A program made the position numbers and the translations under genes. The notes beneath the pieces were generated by a model. The model saw nothing but the letters and a program-made list of their open reading frames with translations, made no database searches and was not told the origin of the DNA. A stretch of DNA of 63,867 nucleotides, the filler included, from Asterionella formosa (Eukaryota), in NCBI GenBank assembly GCA_002256025.1. It is 5 parts of 5 records of this genome, joined end to end, with 100 filler letters (N's around TTAATTAATTAA, not from the genome) between each part and the next. Parts side by side here need not be neighbours in the genome. Positions count along the whole stretch, not along the records: positions 1 to 29,163 come from NKIB01001063.1; 4 more parts are not named here. One strand, written 5' to 3'. Every line of letters begins with the position of its first letter. Positions within the stretch are counted from its first letter, which is position 1. Of the stretch, positions 10,401 through 19,617 are shown one piece after another.

Positions 10401-13400
10401 TCACGCCAGCGAGATGAATGGAAGGACATCGCGAATGTGAAAGATTTGGGTGTATCCGAAGGTAACAGAATGTTTGGAATGCTCCAACTCGAGTGTTCAG
10501 AACTGCGTGCTGAAGCAGATACGTTGCGTGAGCAAAATGCTGATTTTGAAAATGAAATCGAAGTGATTGTCCTTGAGCGAGTCGAGCTTCAGCAAAAGTT
10601 AGATGGAACGGTTACCGAACTGCTGGGTTCAAAAAGTGCGCTTGAACTAATCGAGAAGGAGCTATACCAGATAGTCCAAGAAAGCAGTGAGTCGCGACTG
10701 CTGATTGAGAATCTTGAGACTCAACTTTCCAATGTTACAACTGAACGTGACATTTTTGAGGAAAACCACAAGCGAGCAATAGCAGATGTCCTGACTGTTA
10801 CATTTACAGCTCAGGCTAGATATAGCGAACACCAAGATACTATTTCTAGGACGCAACAATCGCTTGAGGAGTTACTGACTCAGAAGGCAGACCTTGAAGG
10901 TGACCTGGAAGTTGTCGTAAAGGAGCGGGACGGTTGGAAGGAGCTTGCAGAAACCGCCGAAACTGATGCCAATGAAGCCCACGACTTGATCGCTTCCTTG
11001 GAGGAGAAATTTAACGAATTTTCCGTTGTGGAAAATGAAGCCGTAGAGCTACGACAAGATCGAATCACTCTCTGTAGTAAAATCGACGATTTGAGGGACG
11101 AGAGAGACGCTCTTAAAGCATCACTTGCAAGAACTCAGTCGAACTTATCCGAGAACGAGCAACAACTGAATTCCAAACTTAGCAGCCTTGACGACGACCT
11201 GCGCTTGCAAAGGAAGAAAATAAAGTCGCTCGAGTCAATTGTCGGAGAACTTCGAGAGCAGACTTCCGGCGATGCTTCTGTGATTATGGCGCTCGAGATC
11301 ATGCTTGAGAAAATCCAAGCCGAAAATGTAGAGTATAAAGCGCAGATCACAGTCCAAGAAGAATCGATATCGGAGAAGTCAAACCTAAAGAGTGCAGTTG
11401 CGGAACTCGAGGAACAAATATCTAATAATGCCATCGTTATCAAAGGCCTTCGGTCAATGCAGGATGATTTCAAGTCTACTATCGAGGAGCTTCAAAATGA
11501 TAACACAGAATACCGGACTCAAATCGAATCAATGAACAGATCAATTGAACTTGCCCAATCCACCTTTTCTGAGAACGAAAAACTTATAGCTGCTCAACTG
11601 AGCAGTCTTGAAGTGGATATTCTGACAGAGAAAACTAAGGCAGTTATTCTGCAAAATAGCATCGAGGAACTAGAGGGGCAGCGTGAAACGTTAACGAATA
11701 CTGAATTAGATATGAGAAAGGAACTCTCATCCTTCAAGGAAGAGGGAGGAGAACTACGTCGTCAAATCTCTATGGGCACCTCTACAATCGCCACTCTTGA
11801 CTCCAAGAATAATGAACTTGAGGCCATGACAGTGAAACTTAAAAACGAGAACAATGAGTATAAGACTCGTATCGAAGAATTAACTGCTTTTCTTCAAATT
11901 GCTCGTTCGAACTTGTCAGAAAACGAGAAAAAGTTATCTGACCAACTGAGTGCTCTTGCTAGCGAACTTCAAACAGAAAAGAACAAGGCTCAAGTTATTC
12001 AAAGCCACGTTGAAGAACTGGAGTCTCAATGTGAAGTGCTTCAAAGCGTTGAACAAGAATGGCGAGACGAGATATCAACACTCAACGTTGAAGTTGCGGA
12101 ATTACGCGATCAGATCTCTTGCGACGCTACTTTGATCTCTGAGCTTCAAGCGAGTGAAGAGTACTTGCAGACCTCGATCAATGCACTCAGAATTGAGAAT
12201 ACTGAGTGCATGGGCCATATCGAAGCATCAAAAAGTTATGAACATAACATGAAGCTTGAACTTTTAGCTCTCAGGCAAGAGGTAACGGAGTTACACAGTC
12301 AAATCTTCGATGACGCCGCATTGATCTCTGATTTTCGCTCAAAACAAGATGATTTCGAGGGCATGGTCGCGAAACTCCAAAATGAAAACATTGAGTGCAA
12401 GGTTCAAATCGACGAGTTGAAAGGATCTCTTGACACTGCTCATTCTAATTTGTCTCGGAATGAACGCACACTATCTACCCAGGTTAATAACCTTGAAAGC
12501 GCACTTCAAACAGAAAGGAACAATGTTGCAGTCCTTCAAAAGCACAACGATGAACTAGAGGCTGAGATTGTCATTCTTCGAATCGCTGAACAAGGCAGTA
12601 GAGGTGAGATTTTAACGCTCAAGGGAGAGGTAACCAAATTGCACGAGAAAATCATCAGTGAAACCACGTTTATCTCTCACCTTAAAGCACAAAACGAGAT
12701 CACTGAGACTATGCTTGAAGAGCGTCAGACTGAGGTTTCGGAATTGGGAGTTCAACTGGAAAAGCAAAGGTCTGAGACCAATGAATGGAAATCAAAGGTG
12801 GATACTTCAACGGTGGCAGCATTGTCAACTAGTGCATTCCTTGCAAACACAAAGGAGGAACTTGCCCAAAGTCTGGCGAAGATCAACGTGCTCCAAAAGG
12901 AAGTTAATCACATATCGAAGGAAAGGGATGACTGGAAACATCGCTCCATTTCAGAATCAGAATCAGCTGCGAAATCAGTTGCTCTCTTAGAGGATTTGGA
13001 ACAAGCCTTTAAAGAGGAATGCAGTCAGAGTTTCCTAGTGCAAGTAGGTGAACTTTACCAAACGATTGCCGACTTGGCCGCGCAAATCGAAGAACTTGAG
13101 AAGGAAAACGAGGACTTGCGTCAAAGAAACGAGGGATGCATTTCGCAAATTCAGAGTTTCGCCAGAGATTTGGACGAGAGGAATTCTGACTTGGACTCGC
13201 CAAAGGCAGAATTTCAAGCGCCATCCGTACAATTGACGTCTACAATTGCTGTGGAATTGAATTTGATCAAAAAGGAAGTGATCAGTCTTCGCCACAGGAA
13301 TAGCACATATGCATCTCAAATTGAAAAGTTGACGAAAGAACGAGATGAGTGGATGATTTCAGCGCGCCTCTCCAAGGAAGCCGTGATACAACTCGAGAAT

Positions 13401-15017
13401 ACTCAAAAAGGAATGGAAGACCAACTCGCAGAGAGAGAGAGACTTGAGCATGTGAACGCAGAGTTATTTGAAACTATAACGCGCGTGTCAACGGAACTAG
13501 AGGAATCGAAAACAGCACCGAGCGATGACCTACTGCGAGCTTTAGAGGAGCTTGACAAAGAGAACGAAGAGATTTCAAGAGAGGCCGATTGTCTTCGAAA
13601 GAGAAATGCTGAATTGGAGACCTCACTTGAAAGATTCTCTGTTGAGAAATCCATGCCTAATCAGTCATTGTCCGACATCTCCTCCGAAAAATTTCAAAAT
13701 GGTCTCGCTAGTCTTAAGCAAGAAAATATTGAGTTACGTATCGAGGTCAATGAGTTGCTTTCTGAGAGGGATCATTTGAGGACACTAGCTGATGTTGAGA
13801 TTGTCTCGATACAAGCCATCCTTGAGAAGCAAAAACAAGAATTGATAAGGGACGTTGATGCAGACTTTGTCAATTGCCTCAAAACATGGAACTCCGAGCT
13901 CCAGAAGCAGATTGAAAAGATGGCCAAACAAAGCTGCGAAATCAAGTCTTCTTCTGGCCATTCAAGCCCCGAAACCTTTCCAATTGCCTATACAACACGA
14001 TCATGTCCGACATCACAAGAAGAGCACGTCAGAGTTGCAGCCGAAACTAAAAAGTCCACGGCCACATCCCGATGGAATTTTCTATCCAGCAACGATAAAG
14101 AGCGAGGTGTTGAATCAGACTATCGGGCTGATGCGACGAACTTAATGAGCCAGAAGGAAATTGAAGATTATTGTAAGGAAATAAAGGACCTTAAAGAGTC
14201 AATCAGGAGACTCACGAGCGAGAATCTAAAAATTGTCTCTACGATGAAGGATGAAATGTATGTTAGCAAGAAGAAAGTCGAAACGCTCGAATCCGAAAAC
14301 TCTGCTTACTTATTGAAGATACAGATGCTGGAGTTTGACAGGCAGAACATGATTTCAAAGTTGACGGATATCGAAGCCGCATCGGCATTAAAGCTTAACA
14401 AGATCTATTTTGGTACTGGTAAAAAAACAATCAAAGAATTGGAAGATGCTTTGGTGATATTAGAGCGGCAAAAGAAATTTGCTCAGTCGGAGTGCGAGGC
14501 CTTGCAAAACGATTTCGACAACATGGCAACCGCCTCGAATTTAGCCACTGACAGATTCACAAAGGAGATTGAACATAGGAAGAAGATTCAAGGAGACTAT
14601 GATGACAAGATCAGTGCCCTCGAAAAGATGGTGCTTGCAGTGAATCAAGAAAACGCCAGTCTCCGCGAAATGGCAGCTCAGAGAGCCGATGTTGTCAGTA
14701 CCGGTGGGTATACTGCTGCCAACTTTGCACAAGACGAAAAAGATGTCAAGATCGCACAATTGCATTACGAGCTTGTAAACCTTCGCATGAGACTTGATAC
14801 CATTCGCCACGAAGACTTGAAGCAAGAAGTCATCCAGCTTGAAAAAGAAAAACTTCAACTCAAGGGTATGTGGCAGGAAAAACTCGAAAAAACCATCCTG
14901 GATCACGAAGATATTGTGGAATCCTTGCAATTCCGTTTGCGATCACGAGAGGAGACCATCGTGTTGCTCGAAGAATCTCTCGATCTGCAGCTTCAGAAGA
15001 CTGCCATGGCGTCATAG
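7461..15017 (+). CDS. Giant intronless coiled-coil protein (2518 aa), function unknown
   Basis: Uninterrupted 7.5-kb ORF; disordered N-terminus, then E/L/K/Q-rich heptads with recurrent ERDxW[KR] and SNLSENE motifs. Confidence 0.85.
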   Translation: MKNKSPFQGKRRGMTSGSSDKYADLTGASPPRPYGEEDGGTFMNMGLKRQPASEPETLNDQKYNVPTSKLPAWMQTPNGSSSGGLLTPKTPKKSSVGGLSRVLGRGKAPHNLVHGSSTRNLLDDQSVASNSYHNELLTGLDSIEVNLILPGLGVIPTQGMNPSKATKRRSNFESFKDISGNFPDSSIEAAVEDESKSDPPENDEGDKSSNPTVVAKGKETYDAIAKEKPTKLEKIHELLVANKELKKVVQGHQRELVEKDKRLRELEKVQSRTGQRSGEEPTNNEKQVEALQALSSVSQKQHDSLLLAEIENKRMQKEIDRNQKESKQLKKELAAKKKESIGLEKEINANLTEILGLRKELSQTLQQLDTLEEEQDEDRSKIIFLTKEISQLRSGNPFEPADVIAMKEQLELSERNLKKKDRLIENQRKEVVNQVGQIMQLKTELEQAEKKLEKSQDECERLKELSQDNPKVQNQLEDLNLLKLELEEVEAKLQHSQEQCNLLNNLARANTARRGQLKGSTIAFEESEEMNHAIINEEAMNHLQVYKARNLISSGKQELCDNESTAVDHDQLERDIELLQAALNEANYKNRELMEKNELLEGENLSLVALRHAFKNAEDGKEEAEEKARKVVSELNTDVIKLQMSLSQSTEKCARLETEIGDLREELNRLHAGQEKWQRSTETAESHTQSVSEPVAEIQSAQREIFVFQVEIEDLRSKNSELEEQLNAVIDDRNDWRKAAEMAEMRVDELRPLVVTLQNSKAEVILLREEVDELRNEKENLEEQARELSEERDTWKASTEDAGLGDAKSQAKASLVEEVQKELATLQSQSINRCQSNHDADRHIEELTSERDDWREAAEQAQLDLEDAREELNNMLPLYADAEELRRAMRQQEADSDESKKVIEHWRAVSETMQTQLVEAKSSLVRLEQQRSTETTTTKLELAETRTAISSLKVLVEEYETDLLDMKVKISELESELQDTSRQRDEWKDIANVKDLGVSEGNRMFGMLQLECSELRAEADTLREQNADFENEIEVIVLERVELQQKLDGTVTELLGSKSALELIEKELYQIVQESSESRLLIENLETQLSNVTTERDIFEENHKRAIADVLTVTFTAQARYSEHQDTISRTQQSLEELLTQKADLEGDLEVVVKERDGWKELAETAETDANEAHDLIASLEEKFNEFSVVENEAVELRQDRITLCSKIDDLRDERDALKASLARTQSNLSENEQQLNSKLSSLDDDLRLQRKKIKSLESIVGELREQTSGDASVIMALEIMLEKIQAENVEYKAQITVQEESISEKSNLKSAVAELEEQISNNAIVIKGLRSMQDDFKSTIEELQNDNTEYRTQIESMNRSIELAQSTFSENEKLIAAQLSSLEVDILTEKTKAVILQNSIEELEGQRETLTNTELDMRKELSSFKEEGGELRRQISMGTSTIATLDSKNNELEAMTVKLKNENNEYKTRIEELTAFLQIARSNLSENEKKLSDQLSALASELQTEKNKAQVIQSHVEELESQCEVLQSVEQEWRDEISTLNVEVAELRDQISCDATLISELQASEEYLQTSINALRIENTECMGHIEASKSYEHNMKLELLALRQEVTELHSQIFDDAALISDFRSKQDDFEGMVAKLQNENIECKVQIDELKGSLDTAHSNLSRNERTLSTQVNNLESALQTERNNVAVLQKHNDELEAEIVILRIAEQGSRGEILTLKGEVTKLHEKIISETTFISHLKAQNEITETMLEERQTEVSELGVQLEKQRSETNEWKSKVDTSTVAALSTSAFLANTKEELAQSLAKINVLQKEVNHISKERDDWKHRSISESESAAKSVALLEDLEQAFKEECSQSFLVQVGELYQTIADLAAQIEELEKENEDLRQRNEGCISQIQSFARDLDERNSDLDSPKAEFQAPSVQLTSTIAVELNLIKKEVISLRHRNSTYASQIEKLTKERDEWMISARLSKEAVIQLENTQKGMEDQLAERERLEHVNAELFETITRVSTELEESKTAPSDDLLRALEELDKENEEISREADCLRKRNAELETSLERFSVEKSMPNQSLSDISSEKFQNGLASLKQENIELRIEVNELLSERDHLRTLADVEIVSIQAILEKQKQELIRDVDADFVNCLKTWNSELQKQIEKMAKQSCEIKSSSGHSSPETFPIAYTTRSCPTSQEEHVRVAAETKKSTATSRWNFLSSNDKERGVESDYRADATNLMSQKEIEDYCKEIKDLKESIRRLTSENLKIVSTMKDEMYVSKKKVETLESENSAYLLKIQMLEFDRQNMISKLTDIEAASALKLNKIYFGTGKKTIKELEDALVILERQKKFAQSECEALQNDFDNMATASNLATDRFTKEIEHRKKIQGDYDDKISALEKMVLAVNQENASLREMAAQRADVVSTGGYTAANFAQDEKDVKIAQLHYELVNLRMRLDTIRHEDLKQEVIQLEKEKLQLKGMWQEKLEKTILDHEDIVESLQFRLRSREETIVLLEESLDLQLQKTAMAS

Positions 15018-15245
15018 CCTATGAGTTAATGTGTAAAGTAGTTGTGCTTATCTAATATAAGCATTCATATAGGGACCACGACGTGATTCCCCGGCGCGCC
15101 CATGACTATAAGATCGTAGAAAAGTTGAGGTGATAATGAGGCATCTGAACTGTGTAGACTGAATTCACAGATGGAAAGGGATTAATTGATTTCATATGTG
15201 AATGATGCCATCTATAGTAAACAAAAGGCCCTGCATCGTTTGATG

Positions 15246-16643
15246 TCATATTCTTTCTTCTTTACCGTGACCATTGTCGGTCCGTTTCAGTGATCCATTG
15301 TAATTCATGTTGCTGGGTTCGCTATCATGATAATTTTCATCATCACTATCAAGAAAATTTCCATGATTCTTTCCATATCCCTCAACAAAAGGTACTGCAC
15401 CATTCGTGTCAACAGAAAAAATGTCAGTGTCTATAGATCGTCCTTCCCCGCCAATGTCTAAGGAGTGAAGTCCAACAGAGAACGGCAATGATGAAAGGGA
15501 ACGAGGTCGCGGATCTTGGGGAAATTTCAGAAATACTGAATCAATGTCGCTTTCGTTATCTTCCCGTTTGTGGTGCTCTTCGAGTTCTTCTACAAGCAAT
15601 TTTAGCATCTTATTTTGACGTCTAAGTTTTTTGATTTCATCTTGCGAATCCTTTATATCTTTCTCGGACACGTGCGTAGTTTGTCGAATCATGGCATCAA
15701 AACCATCGTGTGCGTTGCCTTTTCTAAGATCGAGTTCATATTCGAGCTGAATGATTCTTTCAACCTTACTCTGCAGTAGGTTTAATGTCACTTCGAGCTC
15801 CTGATTTTGTTTTTGAACGACTTCCTCGAGAGAATTGATTTGCTTCTCTTGGCCTGATTCTCGGGCAACTAGTTGTTTAAGACGATGCGCAGCCTCCCCC
15901 AATTGCTTCCCAAGCTTTGCTAGTTGAGATTTGTCTTGAATTCTATCTTTGTGAAGCTGGTCAAGATCGTTCAAGGAGCGATTGAGTTCTCTCTGAAGAC
16001 CTTCAATTTCCGCTGAATGAGTTTCGACACTTTTTTGCAACTGCATGCATCTTATCTTTTCTTCCCTTCGTTTCGCCTTAAGCGATTGAATCTTTCCCTT
16101 TAGCCTCTTGGAGCTAAGCGGCTCGTCTTCGTTGATCTCTGTGGTACCGATGATGGCATTCTCTGTCCTCGCAATTTCTGCCAGCTGCCGCTCATATTCT
16201 AAGACGAGTTTTTGCAAGCGTTCGTTCTCTTTTTCCAGATTTTTCTCGTACCCAGAAAAACCCGCGAGAGGAACGACTCCTTGCTCGTCATCAAACCGAA
16301 ATGGAGCATCATCAACATCAGAGTTAGAAGTTGAGGAGTATAAAGTGATACTTGAGTCTTCCTTTTTGGGAGCTTCATTTAGATGTGTTTTAGGAGCCAC
16401 GCCATTTTTAGTAACTGCAGGCATGCTTCCCCTTCTGCTCCCGTGAGCTTTCTTGCCATCCCTTCGAGCATCATGAAGGGTAGAACTGTCTGCTTTGATA
16501 ATAGATGTACTGGCTCTCCGAGAAGCTTGTTCGGACTTCGCAGCAGGCTCCTTTCTTGTGTCGTATTTGTTGAACGCATCTAGTATTTTTGAGTACTCAT
16601 CAGGGTCCGCCACAGAACTGACCCCAACGCTTCTTTTGGGCAT
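15246..16643 (-). CDS. Coiled-coil protein (~465 aa), function unknown
   Basis: Long ORF; first ATG at 16643 (MPKRSVG); central heptad region between disordered ends. Confidence 0.75.
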   Translation of the reverse strand: MPKRSVGVSSVADPDEYSKILDAFNKYDTRKEPAAKSEQASRRASTSIIKADSSTLHDARRDGKKAHGSRRGSMPAVTKNGVAPKTHLNEAPKKEDSSITLYSSTSNSDVDDAPFRFDDEQGVVPLAGFSGYEKNLEKENERLQKLVLEYERQLAEIARTENAIIGTTEINEDEPLSSKRLKGKIQSLKAKRREEKIRCMQLQKSVETHSAEIEGLQRELNRSLNDLDQLHKDRIQDKSQLAKLGKQLGEAAHRLKQLVARESGQEKQINSLEEVVQKQNQELEVTLNLLQSKVERIIQLEYELDLRKGNAHDGFDAMIRQTTHVSEKDIKDSQDEIKKLRRQNKMLKLLVEELEEHHKREDNESDIDSVFLKFPQDPRPRSLSSLPFSVGLHSLDIGGEGRSIDTDIFSVDTNGAVPFVEGYGKNHGNFLDSDDENYHDSEPSNMNYNGSLKRTDNGHGKEERI

Positions 16644-17682
16644 GGTGAGTTCAGGAAGGGACGACGCAAGCAAGGAAGGGCGTCGTGTTATTCTCCACAG
16701 GCTTTCCTTGATATGCTAATGGGCTCCCTCCTTGATAGTTACTCTTCCCGCGTATCACTGCACCTCTTATTTTTACTTAAACTAGAAAAAGGTTGAAATT
16801 ACTTGATTGTCTGTCACCTAGCTACGTTCGTCCTCTTATAATATACCGGTAGTGGGTAATATGAGAACTATTCATGTACCGGTACTGGCCTGCTTATCGG
16901 CTGTGTTTGGTGTCCACCTTCTCAGTTAGAAGCAAGTCACACATGCTCAACAATTTCTAGCGGTAGTTGTACGGTCTATCATGAGTAAAATAGTTAGGGC
17001 GTGGTCGGCCCACCTCGTACATTATTGACCGCTATTTCGGTATGCAACAGCATTTATGTAGCTATCACAATACAAACGCTTGCTTACCGGTAGCCATGCT
17101 GGGTGTGAAATACCGGTACCTGGTACCAGGGCACTGTGATGGGGAGTGTTGTACATAACGGTAAAGTATGCATGATACGAGTGATTGATGACAAAGCATG
17201 TTTATGGTGCAGTCCCGGATACTGAAAGGTCCTTCCTTTGTTTAGCGTCGGCTTCCTGATCCATAGATTCCGGTACTCAGAGTAAATGGTACCAGGTACC
17301 TGGTACCGGAAATTACCGGTACTGGTATCACTGTTGAATTGCGGTACCTGGTAACTGGTACCTGGTACTTGGTAGTGGAGTAGTAAAAAGCAACAGCTTT
17401 TTTACAGAACCTTCCCGTGGTGGCATATACCGGTACCAGGTACTCTATGTATACTACCTGTATGTAGAATTCAAAATTGATGTATAACCGGTACTGGCTA
17501 AATAAATCTAAGACTAGTACCCCGGAGTGCCGGTATATCGATAGCGAAAAGAGCAATCATTGGGTGGAACAAAGCTTTCATTCATACATAGGATTAGGTA
17601 ATCATGTTGCCTGTGTCCGTCAGATATAAATTTACTACATATCTGCCAATCTACCGGTACCAGGTCCCGGTAATAATTTTAA

Positions 17683-19617
17683 GGTTCCCGTATTTCAACC
17701 CTAGCTTATAGATAGGGTTTAAAAAATAATATTTAGTCAGAGTAATCAAACACATACTTTTCACGTCTAAACTAAATATGTATATCGCTACTTGAAGCTT
17801 TCACCATTAGAAACCCTTTTCATATGCTTAGATACAGTCATTGATCGATGTATGGTTACAGGTCAACTCTATTTATCGTCAGTATATAGGATCTGGTGAG
17901 AAACTGCAGAAAGGAACTTTGGTTTTTTAACCATGCTGAAAATAGTGGATTTTACCAGGCCAAATTCGTTTATTTGGCCTAGTAAAAAACCGAAGTTCCT
18001 TTCTGCAGTTTCTCGCCGAAAGTTAACTTCTTGGGCTATATGAAGATTACCTATGTACTTAACTCTTCTTCAAACCCTGCCAACGTTGAGCTATCATCAT
18101 TCAAAAATTCGACAAAATCGGCCTTTTCAACGGTCTCCAAACTGTCGGAATCAGAATCACTAATCGCTGAAACGTCATCATCGGAATGGTAGTCTTGTGC
18201 TAAAATATCTAGTCGTAAAATCTCCTGTAAAAAATTCCATTGTAAGTGCCCACTTCCACTTATATAAAAAGATTGGGCAACATGAATTGCTTACTTACCT
18301 CCATTTGATTGGCCTGGTTTGATGCACATGTATCATTTTTCAGGGTGCTTGCAGGTTCTGTTTCCACTACCGGTATCTGATCATCATTGATCGTACGTGT
18401 ACCAGTACTAGAATGCCGTTTGCCTTCAAAGAATGGACAGAGTGTGCTGCTTTTCCTTCGATGATCATTTCGACCTCAATGTCGTCTACATTTACCAATT
18501 ATCGTGTTGACTTTTCTTGCTGTCTCATGACTTTCTGTGAGTGCCACACCAGAGCCATAAGTCTTACCTGATTTGTTGTCTTGCCTTTCTTGTTGGACTG
18601 TTTCAAATCGTGCGTTATGTATTTTTTCGTTTCGTTTCGTTTCGTTTCCTTTCCTTTCCTTTCCTTTCCTTTTCCTTTTCCGTTTGAATTGGGCTTGTTT
18701 GTAGGCTGCATCATCGTTCCGTCGCTTTTCCTTTTGTCTCCAGACGGATTCTTGGAGTTGTGACATCTCCATTCCACATTGCTTGTACACATCCTTTGTG
18801 TATTGTGTAGCTCCTTGTGTGTGCTGCCCAGAAACCAAAGCAACTCGATATTGCAGGCCACCGGATCCAGCAAACACCTTGTTTTTAGGACATCGTCATG
18901 ACACTGCATTGTTGATTGCCTCATTAATCTTATTGTCAAAGGGATGATGCAAAGATAGCATCTTTTCGCCATCGACTTTCGTTGCAACATGCAACATCAA
19001 CCATTGATATAATTTCGTTTCTTTTACCTTGTCATGATATTTTCCGTTGCTAACATTTTTTCCTGCTTTTGAGGGGGAAACATGTCTCAGAGCAGTAGTC
19101 ATGGCAGCCAAACAAGTGGTTGATTGGTGCCTTGGAGGATTCTGTGAATTTGGTCAGAGCAAGGTTGCGATTTTTCTTGATCCAGGCCCCATAGTAAATC
19201 TTTAGTCGGAGGCAATCTGCTTTTGAAGGACTTTCAAGGGAGACTGGGCAATTGGCTTTCAGAAATGCAGGGCGGAGTAGGACCCGTATTCTGTGGGATG
19301 GGTCAGACAAAAATTTAGGTTCGGGTATATTCAGCGAAAGGCGTCCTTTGTCGGATTTTTAATCCTTTCGATGTTCTTGGCCATTGGAAGGATGGCTGTA
19401 TTTTCAATAACTCCTTATAGGACCATTTGGAAACAGCTCTAATAGTAGAATCATCATCACAGATGATTGTAGAGTAGATAACATTGTACTTAGCAACTGC
19501 ATCAATCATCATTTCCACACCAGCGTCTGGTTCCATTTCCTTTGAGCTACCAGTTACGTGATTCTTGGGGTAAACATGTTCTTTGATTGGTTTCTTGTAC
19601 TGGATAGCCCTGTCGCG
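17683..19617 (-). mobile_element. Decayed Kolobok/'Mutator-like' (PF20700-type) DNA transposon, 3' half only
   Basis: Frameshifted motifs EHVYPKNHVTGSSKEMEP, IICDDDST, DPSHRIRV, NHLFGCHDYC and NEAINNAVS*RCPKNK..SGGLQYRVA; candidate terminus TTAA|GGTTCCCG at 17679-17690. Confidence 0.65.
17895..18017. repeat. Nested inverted repeat (about 35-bp outer arms plus inner hairpin)
   Basis: GAGAAACTGCAGAAAGGAACTTTGGTTTTTTA pairs with TAAAAAACCGAAGTTCCTTTCTGCAGTTTCTC (1 mismatch); inner TACCAGGCCAAAT/ATTTGGCCTAGTA. Confidence 0.9.

Noticed and set aside
7931..14930. Many short antisense and alternate-frame ORFs within long genes (also within LTV1 and COPA)
   Set aside because: Shadow ORFs with no independent motifs
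18476..18990. Basic RKGK-repeat proteins
   Set aside because: Produced by (TTTCG)n/(TTTCC)n microsatellite inside the decayed transposase
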